Shown here: piece by piece, positions 29,747-39,177 of the stretch
How positions within the stretch are numbered: the first letter of the stretch is position 1
How the letters are laid out: the number at the start of each line of letters is the position of its first letter
Assembly: GCA_963816145.1 (NCBI GenBank)
Contig: CAWFJP010000003.1
Coordinates: forward strand, 256,001-320,000
Direction: 5' to 3'
Length of the DNA: 64,000 nt
From: an uncultured delta proteobacterium
GTDB taxonomy: Bacteria; Desulfobacterota; Binatia; UBA9968
The notes under the pieces: model-generated
Told to the model about the DNA's origin: nothing
What the model saw: the letters and a program-made list of their open reading frames with translations, nothing else
The model's database searches: none
Program-made: the position numbers and the translations under genes

Positions 29747-30664
29747 ATGGCTAGCAATAGACAAATCGAAGGCATTTTGATGCCCATGCCGGTCGCGTTC
29801 AAGCATGACGGCGCCATCGATCACAAAGCGACCGACGCGATCATCGACTTTTACTTGGATGCCGGCGTGCACGGATTTTTCCCCTTGGGCACCCATGGCC
29901 AAGGCATGGTCATGGAAATCGACGAGCGCAAGAAAGTTGCCGAGCAGATCGTCAACCGCGTCAAAGGCCGCGTACCCGTGGTCATGCATATCGGCACGGC
30001 CAATACGCTCTCGTCCATCGAGCTGGCCAAACATGCCGTGGGTCTAGGGGTCGACGCCATCGGCGTCGTGCCGCCGTACTACTATCCCCATGACGATTGG
30101 GAAGTTTATGCCCATTATAAGGCCATCGCCCAGTCCGTGCCGGGCACGCCGATGTTTATTTACGACAATACCGAAACCACCTGGGTCGAAATCACCCCGG
30201 CGAAAGCCAACAAGATCATCGAAGCGATCGCGCCAAATCCTTTGGCCGGCATCAAAGTGTCCTTCATCGCCTATGACAAACTGCTGGGTTACGTGTACCA
30301 GCTTCCGAAGACCACTGGCGTCTTCCCCGGCGGGATTTTTTCTCTCTACACCGGTTATTCCGTCGGCGTGCGCGGCGCGATCCATCCGCCATCAACGCCG
30401 TTTCCGGAGTCCTGCGTTAGAATGTACGAGGCGCTCAAAGCCGACGACCTCAAGGCGGCGCGCACGGAGCATGATCTTCTCACCCGACTCATGCAGGTGG
30501 TCGGCAAATTTCTGCGCAGCCATGGCCGCGGCGTGTTTTGCGAACTGATGAAACTTCGCGGACTGCCGGTGGAACGCTTCCCGCGCTGGGAAACCCCGCC
30601 GTTCAGCGAGAAAGACAAGGCGGAATTAAAAGAAGGTTTAGAAAAGGCCGGTTTCAAGGCGTAA
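29747..30664 (+). CDS. Dihydrodipicolinate synthase-family lyase
   Basis: GTHGQ, PPYYY, Schiff-base Lys in GIKVS. Confidence 0.85.
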   Translation: MASNRQIEGILMPMPVAFKHDGAIDHKATDAIIDFYLDAGVHGFFPLGTHGQGMVMEIDERKKVAEQIVNRVKGRVPVVMHIGTANTLSSIELAKHAVGLGVDAIGVVPPYYYPHDDWEVYAHYKAIAQSVPGTPMFIYDNTETTWVEITPAKANKIIEAIAPNPLAGIKVSFIAYDKLLGYVYQLPKTTGVFPGGIFSLYTGYSVGVRGAIHPPSTPFPESCVRMYEALKADDLKAARTEHDLLTRLMQVVGKFLRSHGRGVFCELMKLRGLPVERFPRWETPPFSEKDKAELKEGLEKAGFKA

Positions 30665-30785
30665 ATCTCCCCTACCCCTCTTTTCAAAAGAGGGGTCTCG
30701 GATAAGGATGTCGTTGTAAAAATATTCAAGCCAACTGAGCCGGAATTCACTTCCCCCTTTTGTAAAGGGGGATTGAGGAGGATTT
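30663..30785. repeat. CCCCTCTTT/AAAGAGGGG paired palindromic repeat
   Basis: Second copy at 54241-54330. Confidence 0.75.
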
Positions 30786-30817
30786 TCTCCGGCTCAATAA
30801 CCAACGAATAGATACTC

Positions 30818-31612
30818 ATGGAACAACAACCTCTAGCATTGGAAATCGGCAAAAAACTTTCGCCCAGCGAGGCGAAAACTTTTACCGACGCCATCAAACA
30901 GCGCATGTACGCGCTCTGGGATAAGAAGATTTTCGGCGGTGCCTTCATGCGCGATCTCGAAGCCGGCAAGCTGCCCTTCGAGACCCTGAAGCTGTTTTGG
31001 CGAAACTGGTACAGCTATCCGGTGGAGGTGAACAATTTCCACTTGATTATCTACCAGCGCCACCAGGGCATCTTCGCGCGCCATCGCGACCTGCTGGCGC
31101 CCTATGTCGGCAAGATCAGCGATGAATTGGTCAATCCGAAAATTCCCGGCCATATCGAAGTGCTGATCAAACAGGGCGAACAGTTCGGCGTCTCCTTGGA
31201 CGAGATGATCAACTGCCAAGTCTACGCCGAGTGCCGCGCCCTGACCGAGTTCGCCCGCGGTTTGGTCTACGAAGGAAGCATGATCGAGTGGTGGGCGCGG
31301 TCGCTGAACGAAGAGATGTTCGGCCATTGGGCCAAGCGTTGGCGAGAAGCGCTGCTCAGCAAATATCATGTCAAGGAAGCCGACCTGCATTATTTCGCCG
31401 TGCACGAGGAAGCCGACCTGCACGAACATCTGGACGGCCTGATGGCTCATGGCGAAGTCGCCCGGCAGATCTTCGAGCGCCTGCTACAAGACGGCAACAC
31501 TTGGTACCGCCCCGGGTGGGGACCGGAGTATTGCTGCCTGACCAATGCCGACTGCGTCGCCATGTTCCACGACGGTATTTACAAACATGCGCAGGAGCTA
31601 GGCCACTTTTAA
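30818..31612 (+). CDS. PqqC/CADD-like heme-oxygenase-fold (probable diiron) enzyme
   Basis: DE...H, EE and YFAVHEEAD...H ligand pattern in a helical protein. Confidence 0.65.
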   Translation: MEQQPLALEIGKKLSPSEAKTFTDAIKQRMYALWDKKIFGGAFMRDLEAGKLPFETLKLFWRNWYSYPVEVNNFHLIIYQRHQGIFARHRDLLAPYVGKISDELVNPKIPGHIEVLIKQGEQFGVSLDEMINCQVYAECRALTEFARGLVYEGSMIEWWARSLNEEMFGHWAKRWREALLSKYHVKEADLHYFAVHEEADLHEHLDGLMAHGEVARQIFERLLQDGNTWYRPGWGPEYCCLTNADCVAMFHDGIYKHAQELGHF

Positions 31613-31627
31613 GAGAATACTTATTTA

Positions 31628-31705
31628 CCACGAAGGCACGAAGGACACGAAGGTTTCGGATAAACTTGTTTAAACTTCGTGCCCTTCGTGTCCTTCGTGG
31701 TGAAA
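31628..31705. repeat. CACGAAG-type iterated inverted repeat (uninterrupted copy)
   Basis: ccacgaaggcacgaaggacacgaag...cttcgtgcccttcgtgtccttcgtgg. Confidence 0.8.
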
Positions 31706-31730
31706 TAATCTTCCCCATGAAAGCAGAAAC

Positions 31731-33179
31731 ATGGCAATCAACGATCTACGGGAGTTTATCGATGCCGCGCGCAAGCTCGGCGAGGTCACGGAAATCCACG
31801 GCGCCCATTGGGAACTGGAAATTGGCGCCCTCACCGAATTGTTCGCGTTCAAAGAACCATCGCCGCTCGTGCTCTTCGATCAGGTGCCGGGCTATGCGCC
31901 AAACTTTCGTATTGCGTCAAATCTCATCAACACGCCGTCGCGCTCGAGTCTGACCGTCGGTATGCCGCCGGATGCCAGACCGATCGAGCTCATCGCCAAA
32001 TGGAAAGAACTACTCAAGGGCGTAAAGCCCGTACCGCCGCGGGTGGTCAAGACTGGCCCCATATTGGAGAACGTCAAGTCCGGCGCCGATGTCGACATGA
32101 CGATTTTTCCGACGCCGCACTGGCATGAACTCGACGGCGGCCGTTACATCGGCACCGCGGACTGCGTCATCACCGGCGAGCCCGAAGAAGGCGGCTGGGT
32201 CAACGTCGGTATCTATCGAGTGCAGATTCACGACAAAAACACGTTGGGCCTTTATGTCTCCCCCGGCCATCATGCGCGGATCATGCGCGAGAAATACTGG
32301 GAGCAGGGCAAGAGCTGTCCGGTGGTCGTCACCTTCGGCCAGGACCCGCTCCTGTTTCTCGTCGCCGGTCAGTCGATGCCCTACGGGATGTCCGAATTGG
32401 ATTATTACGGCGGCTTGCGTGGTGCGCCGATCGATGTGATTCGCGGTGAACTCACCGGCCTGCCGATTCCGGCCCACGCCGAGATCGCCATTGAGGGCGA
32501 AGTGCCGCCGCCGCAAGAACAGATGCAGATGGAAGGACCGTTCGGCGAATGGCCAGGCTACTACGCCCACGGCGCCGCCAAAGAGCCGGTGATCCGCGTT
32601 AAACGAGTTTATTATCGCAATGATCCGATTCTCTGCGGCGCGCCGCCGTTGAAACCGCCGTTTGTCACCTTCGGTGTGCCGATCGGCGCTGCGGCGATCT
32701 GGAATTATTTGGAGAAAGCCGACGTGCCTGACATCAAAGGCGTCTGGTGCGCCATCGGCAGCTCGGCGGCCGCCGGCGGCGCGCCGTTTATCATTGTTTC
32801 GGTCAAGCAGCGCTATCACGGCCATGCGCAGCAGGCCGGCCTTGCCGCCCTCGCTTCGCGGGGCGGCAATTATCATGGCCGCTTTGTCATTGTCGTCGAC
32901 GACGATATCGACCCGTCGGATATGAAAGATGTCATCTGGGCGGTGTCGACGCGCTGCGATCCCAAGACTGCGATCAGCATCATCGACGGCTGCTGGAGCA
33001 CGCCGCTCGATCCGGCCATGCATCCGGACCAGCGCGATGCCGGCAACTTCGTCAACAGCCGCGCCGTAATCAACGCCTGCCGGCCGTACGCATGGCGCGA
33101 CCGCTTTCCGCCGGTCAATGCCTTGAGCCCGGATCTCAAGCGCACGATCAGCGAAAAGTGGCGCAAAGAATTGGCCTGA
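31731..33179 (+). CDS. UbiD-family decarboxylase
   Basis: DGGRYIGT, EGPFGEWPGYY, VDDDIDP, WAVSTR. Confidence 0.93.
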   Translation: MAINDLREFIDAARKLGEVTEIHGAHWELEIGALTELFAFKEPSPLVLFDQVPGYAPNFRIASNLINTPSRSSLTVGMPPDARPIELIAKWKELLKGVKPVPPRVVKTGPILENVKSGADVDMTIFPTPHWHELDGGRYIGTADCVITGEPEEGGWVNVGIYRVQIHDKNTLGLYVSPGHHARIMREKYWEQGKSCPVVVTFGQDPLLFLVAGQSMPYGMSELDYYGGLRGAPIDVIRGELTGLPIPAHAEIAIEGEVPPPQEQMQMEGPFGEWPGYYAHGAAKEPVIRVKRVYYRNDPILCGAPPLKPPFVTFGVPIGAAAIWNYLEKADVPDIKGVWCAIGSSAAAGGAPFIIVSVKQRYHGHAQQAGLAALASRGGNYHGRFVIVVDDDIDPSDMKDVIWAVSTRCDPKTAISIIDGCWSTPLDPAMHPDQRDAGNFVNSRAVINACRPYAWRDRFPPVNALSPDLKRTISEKWRKELA

Positions 33180-33232
33180 CTCCGGGAATCGTCCAATTGC
33201 CTATCGAGCGTAACCATGGCACCATCCATAAT

Positions 33233-33859
33233 ATGGAAATGCTCATGGATTTATTTCAGCGAATTTATGACGTCGAATCGCTGGTTCGCGTCGGCGGGCT
33301 GATCGGCCTAACGGCCATTGTATTTTGTGAAACCGGCTTGCTGATTGGCTTTTTCCTGCCGGGGGATTCGTTGTTGGTCACAGCCGGCCTGTTTTCCGCG
33401 CGCGGCGATCTGAGTGTCAGTTCACTCCTGATAAGCTTGAGCTTGGCCGCCATTCTCGGCGATACATTGGGTTACAATATCGGCGCGCGCACCGGCCCGA
33501 AACTGTTCAGTCGTCCCGACTCCTGGCTCTTCAATCGCAAACATCTGCTGACGACCAAGGAGTTCTATGAACGCCACGGTCCCTTCACCATCGTCATTGC
33601 CCGTTTCGTGCCAATCGTCAGAACCTTTGCGCCGGTCGTTGCCGGCGTCGGCGCCATGGCTTACAAACGCTTCATCGTTTATAACGTGGTCGGCGGCATT
33701 GGCTGGGTGCTCTCGATGATCCTGGGCGGCTTTTTTCTCGGCCATTTGGTTCCCAATATCCACAAGAATATCGACAAGGTCATTCTCGTCGTAATCTTCC
33801 TCTCGCTCCTGCCGATTATCATCAAGTATCTTAGAGATCGAAAAACCCGCGCCGCCTGA
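33233..33859 (+). CDS. dedA: DedA/VTT family membrane protein
   Basis: ETGLLIGFFLPGDSLL, ARFVPIVRTFAP. Confidence 0.92.
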   Translation: MEMLMDLFQRIYDVESLVRVGGLIGLTAIVFCETGLLIGFFLPGDSLLVTAGLFSARGDLSVSSLLISLSLAAILGDTLGYNIGARTGPKLFSRPDSWLFNRKHLLTTKEFYERHGPFTIVIARFVPIVRTFAPVVAGVGAMAYKRFIVYNVVGGIGWVLSMILGGFFLGHLVPNIHKNIDKVILVVIFLSLLPIIIKYLRDRKTRAA

Positions 33860-33978
33860 TCGCCGCGCGCGTTATTTTGGCTTGCAGCATCGCGAGCCAA
33901 TCGATTAAGAAGGATCATCCCGGCAGCGCCCGCAATCGGCTGCCGCCGCCACGGCGTTTTTGCCAAGAAGGAGCCAAG

Positions 33979-35114
33979 ATGATCAACGGCTACAAGATAT
34001 TTGACGCCGACGCCCATGTCATGATGGGCCCGAAGATGTGGGAAGATTTACCCAAAGAATTTGCTCCCCGCCGGCCGAGGCCGTTAGAAATCGCCGATAC
34101 CGCCGGCGTGGGAATACGCCGCACCGGCTGGCTCATCGAAGGCCGGATGGAGCCGCACGCTTATGGTCCCGGCGCTCAGGGAGCGAACACTCCGACCACG
34201 GTCATGCCGGAGTTCGGCGCCACGCCAGGAACACTGGGATCCCTCGATTTGTCCCAACCGGACAAGCGACTGCGCGATCTCGACGCGCTGGGCATCGACG
34301 CGCAGCTGCTGTTCCCGTCGAGCCTTTATGCCTGCATGGGCGCCGATCCGTTTTTCGAAGCGGCGATGTTCCGCGCTTACAACCGCTACGCCGGGCGTCA
34401 ATGCAGAGCCGACTCGAAGCGTTTAAAATGGGCGGGGTTGTTACCCCTGCGCGATACTCAGTGAATCCATCGCGGCGCTCGGTGAGATGCAGGAACTGGG
34501 CGCCAGCACAGCCATCGTCTTCGGCACCGTCGGCGAGCGGTTGTTGTCCCACAAAAGTTTCACGCCGATCTGGGATGAATTCGCCCGCACCGGTCTGCCG
34601 CTATGCGTGCACATGGGCCGCAGCTATCCGCCCTTCGATCAATTGGTCGAAAGCAGATTGGAAGCCCATGTCATCGCCATGGGTATGCCGGCGCAATTGG
34701 GGTTTGTCGCGGTGGTCGCCCAGGGTATGCTCGACCGCTATCCGAATCTGAAAGTTGCGTTCTTGGAGTTCGGCGCAGAATGGCTGTTCTACGTCGTTGG
34801 CCGGCTAGCGCACTATCTTGCCGAGCTACCGCAGGGATCCCACGGTGCAGGCCATGGGCCGGCTGCCGGAAAAGGCGATCGAAGAGTATCTCAAGTCCGG
34901 CCGCTTCTTCATCGCCCCCGAAGCCGACGACCCCTTGTTGCTGCAAGAAATCGCCCTGGTCGGCGCCGAGCATATCTTGTTCTCATCGGACTACCCCCAT
35001 GGCGAAGGCCGCGATAACGCCGCCAGCGAGATTTTGGAGCGCCATGATCTAACCGACGCACAGAAGCGGAGTATCTTGTACGACAATACCGTCAGGTTTT
35101 GTGGCGAACCTTGA
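33979..35114 (+). CDS. Amidohydrolase_2 family protein, two frameshifts (~34460, ~34818)
   Basis: DADAHV, CVHMG, FLEFGAEW and FSSDYPH lie in three successive frames. Confidence 0.8.
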
Positions 35115-35190
35115 TGGCACTATCAGGCCGAACGAAATCTCTCGGCTCCTCGATATACTCACACCGGAATTCCAGAAGAAGTAATAGTTC

Positions 35191-35267
35191 GTCATACCGG
35201 CGAAAGCCGGTAGGTTCGATTTCAGTTGGCTTACAAAAGCCTGGATTCCGGCCTGCGCCGGAATGAC
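35191..35267. repeat. GTCAT-type paired repeat
   Basis: gtcataccggcgaaagccggt...tggattccggcctgcgccggaatgac. Confidence 0.8.
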
Positions 35268-35349
35268 GGAAGGAAGAAACGATTTTCAGTCGACGAATTC
35301 AAAACCCCCTCGGCAAAAAAAACCGCGCCCAGCGAAACCACATTCATGC

Positions 35350-36348
35350 TTACTTCAGGCTTCCTTCGGCGCGCAGCTCCTGCTGGGCGGTCTTGAGAAT
35401 TTTCTCGTTGACGACCTGATCGACTGTGAATTTGGCGTCGATCAGATTATTGCGCTTATCTTCGTCGAGCATCACCTGCAGGCCGGCGATATTGACTGAT
35501 AGATCGCCGCTGAATCCCGGCGCAAATAAGTCGTAAGCCTGTTGAACGATCTCCGGCTCGCCTTGTAGTTTCGCTTCGAATCCGGCCTTGATCGAATCCG
35601 TCTTATTGGTCTTCGCGTAGTGAATGCCTAAAACCAATCCTTTCAAAAACCGTTTGGTGATATCCGGTTGCTTGCCGAGATAGTCGTTACGCGCGGTGAT
35701 CAGGGTCTGGGGAATATTGAGAGTATCGCTGAAGTTGGCGATCAGGGGAAAGCCCATGCGCATTAACCGCACGGTATCCTCGGGAGCAAATGGCGCCGCG
35801 GCAACCAGCCCTTTCTCCAGTGCACCCACGCGTAGGTTGCTGCCGCCGATGGCGCGCAGCAAAACATCCTTGTCGGGATCGATGCCTTTACGGCGCAGAA
35901 AAGTTCGCGTCGCGAAATCGGAAAACGCCCCGGCGCCGGTGACGCCGACGAGTTTGCCTTTGAGATCTTCCAAGCTGCGCGTCGATTTACTGCCGACTAA
36001 TTGGTAGGCCACCGCATTGGAGATGGCACCGATAATCGCGACATCCAAACCGCGCGCCCGGCTGCGCATGATCGCCTGTGCCCCGCCGATCTCGGCAAAA
36101 TCGACTTCGCCGGAGGATAGTGCCGCCAGAGCGGCAGGGCCGCCGCGCACGAAGATCGGCAGGATCTCCAGCCCCTGACTCTTGAAGAAGCCGCGCGCCA
36201 AGGCCACGCGAAACGGCAACTCGCTGTTCCACGCCAGTCCGGTGAAGACCACCCGGAGAGTTTTCCTTTCCTGGGCATGAGCCGGAGATTGGAGCAATAG
36301 GACGGATACGAACCATAGCACAACGTGAAAAAGATGCTTCATGACCAT
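35350..36348 (-). CDS. NMT1-like ABC substrate-binding protein
   Basis: Signal peptide; DLKGKLVGVTGAG. Confidence 0.88.
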   Translation of the reverse strand: MVMKHLFHVVLWFVSVLLLQSPAHAQERKTLRVVFTGLAWNSELPFRVALARGFFKSQGLEILPIFVRGGPAALAALSSGEVDFAEIGGAQAIMRSRARGLDVAIIGAISNAVAYQLVGSKSTRSLEDLKGKLVGVTGAGAFSDFATRTFLRRKGIDPDKDVLLRAIGGSNLRVGALEKGLVAAAPFAPEDTVRLMRMGFPLIANFSDTLNIPQTLITARNDYLGKQPDITKRFLKGLVLGIHYAKTNKTDSIKAGFEAKLQGEPEIVQQAYDLFAPGFSGDLSVNIAGLQVMLDEDKRNNLIDAKFTVDQVVNEKILKTAQQELRAEGSLK

Positions 36349-36351
36349 GAG

Positions 36352-37356
36352 TTACTGCTTCAACTTACCTTCGGCGCGCAGCTCTTGCTGGGCGATTTTG
36401 AGAATCCGGTCGTTGATCACACGATCGACGGTGAAGTTTTTTTCGACCAAACCGGTGCGGATATCTTCATCGAGCATCTGCTGGATGCCCGGCACGGCGA
36501 TCGTCAGATCGCCGGTTAGCCCCGGCGAATAAAGATCCCAAGCGGCGCTGACAATATCAGGGTCGCCCTGCATGCCGGCATCGTAGCCTGCTTTGATGGC
36601 ATCACGTTTGTTGTATTTAGCGATTTGCATGCCTTGAATATAGGCTTTGAGCACGCGCTTGCTGGTTTCAGGATATTTATCCAGCACTTCATTGCGCGTG
36701 ACGATAATATTTTGTGGAATGCCCAAGGACTCGTTCATGTTGCTAATCACAACGTAACCGGAGCGGATGAGCCGGACGGCGTCTTCGGTTGAAAACGGCG
36801 CTGCGGCAATAATCCCCTTCTCGATCGCGGCGGCGCGCAACACCGTGCCCCCGATGGAGCGCAATACGACGTCCTTATCGGGATTGATATTGTGCTTCTT
36901 GAGAAACGCTTTGACGGCGAATTCCGAATAAGTGCCGGCGCCGGTGATGCCGATCGGCTTGCCGCGCAGATCTTCGACGCTGCGGGTTTGCTTGTTGCCG
37001 AGTAGAATATAATTGGTGGTACTCGAAATGCAGCCGATAATCGTCAGATCCAGGCCGCGTGCTTTGCCGCGAAAGATCGCCTGTGCCCCGCCGATACTGG
37101 CGAAGTCCACTTCGCCGGAAATTAGAGCTGAAATCGCCGCCGGCCCGCCGCGAATCAAGATCGGCTCGATCTGCAATCCCTGCTGCTTGAAATAGCCTCG
37201 CGCCAACGCCGCGCGAAAAGGTATTTCGCTATTCCACGCCAGACTGACGAAGACCATGCGGATATTTTTCTTTTCCTGGGCCGACGCCGTCTCGGCGCAA
37301 AAAGCCGCGACGATAAGGCAAATCCCGACTTTCAATATTTTCCGTATGCTCATCAC
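36352..37356 (-). CDS. NMT1-like ABC substrate-binding protein (tandem paralog)
   Basis: Closely similar to 35350..36348. Confidence 0.88.
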   Translation of the reverse strand: MMSIRKILKVGICLIVAAFCAETASAQEKKNIRMVFVSLAWNSEIPFRAALARGYFKQQGLQIEPILIRGGPAAISALISGEVDFASIGGAQAIFRGKARGLDLTIIGCISSTTNYILLGNKQTRSVEDLRGKPIGITGAGTYSEFAVKAFLKKHNINPDKDVVLRSIGGTVLRAAAIEKGIIAAAPFSTEDAVRLIRSGYVVISNMNESLGIPQNIIVTRNEVLDKYPETSKRVLKAYIQGMQIAKYNKRDAIKAGYDAGMQGDPDIVSAAWDLYSPGLTGDLTIAVPGIQQMLDEDIRTGLVEKNFTVDRVINDRILKIAQQELRAEGKLKQ

Positions 37357-37395
37357 TCCACCACTCCAATACTCCAGTATGTCAATCTCGCGAGG

Positions 37396-37863
37396 TCACC
37401 GCTTCGCGTACACAGTGGTCTTGCCGTTCTTGTCGAACGTGAGCACGCTATACGGCTCCGGTGTGCCGCCCTCCATGCCGGGCGATCCTACCGGCATTCC
37501 CGGAACCGCCAGACCGACGATGGGTGGTTTTTCCTTGAGCAATTTTTCGATTAGGTCAGCCGGTACGTGGCCTTCGATAACGTAACCCTCGATTATCGCA
37601 GTGTGGCAGGCGAAAAGTTGTTCCGGCACACCGCGCTGACGCTTGAGGTCGGTGAACGCCTTGCCAAATAAAATTTTCTTGTTGACTTTAAATCCGCTTT
37701 TTTCCAGGTGCACGACCCAGCCATCGCAGCAGTCTCAGGTCGGAGTCTTGTAGACCGTGATCGATTTTGCCGCGGCTTTCGCCGGCGCTTGCGCGGACGC
37801 CGGGGAAAGCAGAAACAAGCTCAAGGCGAGAACGGTATATGCGGCAAAACGGTTATTTCGCAT
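37396..37863 (-). CDS. DUF411/CopG-like periplasmic metal-binding protein, candidate selenoprotein (TGA at codon 43)
   Basis: Signal peptide, VYKTPT-TGA-DCCDGW, ACHTA, EGHVPA and GLAVPGMPVGSPGME, all in one frame. Confidence 0.8.
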
Positions 37864-37954
37864 CGATCCACCCAACCCCGACTAATTTACCAGATACGTT
37901 GACATAAATGCGAGCGCTGTTGTAACGATCATCAATACAATAAGGAGGTCGGCC

Positions 37955-39094
37955 ATGACCAGGAACGGCATGAAGGTCTTGGATAGCGATATGCACCTGA
38001 TGGAGCCGGTGGATCTTTGGCAGCGCTACATCGACGCGAAATTCAGCAGCGAGGCGCCGCGCGGCGTCACCAGCGAAAATGTCCGCGACTTGCGCATGGT
38101 GCATCCCGACGGTCGGCTCTGGGGTCTGCCGCCGCGCCACAGCGAACGGACCGTGATCAATCCCGGTCACAATTTCAAAAAGAACCAAAGCACCTATCGC
38201 GGCCACTCGGAACGCGGCTGGACCGCCGAAGTCCAGCTCGAAGCCATGGATGTCGAAGGCATCGACGTCGCCGTGCTCTATCCGACCCGCGGGTTGAATG
38301 TCCTGAGCGAGCCGCATATGGAACCCAACTTCGCCGACGCGTTGGCGCGGGCGTATAATAATTGGCTCTACGATTTTTGCGAGAAAGATCCCAACCGGCT
38401 GCTCGGCGCCGGCATGCTGTCGACTTTCGATATCGATGATGCCGTCAAGGAAGCCAAGCGCTGCGTTAAAGAGCTCGGCTTTCGCGCCGTGTTTCTGCGC
38501 TCGAACATCATGAACGATCGCAATTGGCATGAGGATTATTACGAGCCCCTGTGGAGCGCGCTGGAAGAGCTCGCGGTCCCGGTCGGTTTTCATGAGTCAT
38601 CGTCATCTGCGGCGCGCCAGACCGGCGATTGGTTCGAGCCCAATTTCATGATGCGCCGAGCGGTCGCCCAACCGATGGAACAGATGCTCGGCTTGGTGGC
38701 GATTTGCTCCGGCGGCGTGCTCGCCCGCCATCCCAAGCTGCGGGTGGCGTTTCTCGAAGCCAATTGCACCTGGTTGCCTTGGCTTTTATGGCGTTTGGAC
38801 GAAGGTTGGGAGCGTGAAGGCGATATCTGGGCCAAGGATCTGACGATGAAACCGAGCGATTATTTCAAACGGCAAGTGTTTGTCTCCGTCGAACCGGACG
38901 AAGCCGGCGTAAAATATGTCATCGATTACATCGGCACCGACCGGCTGGTTTTTTCCACCGACTATCCCCATGGCGACTCGAAGTATCCTCAGGCCGTGAA
39001 TAGCTTTCTTGAATTGAAAATCGCCGACGAAGACAAGCGCAAGATACTTTGGGACAACTGCGCCGAGTTTTACAAAATCGATAACAGGCCATAG
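37955..39094 (+). CDS. Amidohydrolase_2 family protein
   Basis: DSDMHLME, FLEANC, FSTDYPH; TAAGGAGG RBS. Confidence 0.9.
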   Translation: MTRNGMKVLDSDMHLMEPVDLWQRYIDAKFSSEAPRGVTSENVRDLRMVHPDGRLWGLPPRHSERTVINPGHNFKKNQSTYRGHSERGWTAEVQLEAMDVEGIDVAVLYPTRGLNVLSEPHMEPNFADALARAYNNWLYDFCEKDPNRLLGAGMLSTFDIDDAVKEAKRCVKELGFRAVFLRSNIMNDRNWHEDYYEPLWSALEELAVPVGFHESSSSAARQTGDWFEPNFMMRRAVAQPMEQMLGLVAICSGGVLARHPKLRVAFLEANCTWLPWLLWRLDEGWEREGDIWAKDLTMKPSDYFKRQVFVSVEPDEAGVKYVIDYIGTDRLVFSTDYPHGDSKYPQAVNSFLELKIADEDKRKILWDNCAEFYKIDNRP

Positions 39095-39177
39095 CTGGAA
39101 CCCGTTCCACGTTGCTTGCGGGTAGTGCGCACTCCTGCTAACAAAGAGGAATTCTCACAAGCGAAAGAACTGACTTT

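Noticed and set aside
34462-34464. TGA in the amidohydrolase as a recoding site
   Set aside because: Homology continues in another frame, so it is a frameshift.
37899-37930. Sigma-70 promoter (TTGACA) before the amidohydrolase, and a similar one at 14317
   Set aside because: The -35 is perfect but the -10 match is poor, so it was not called.
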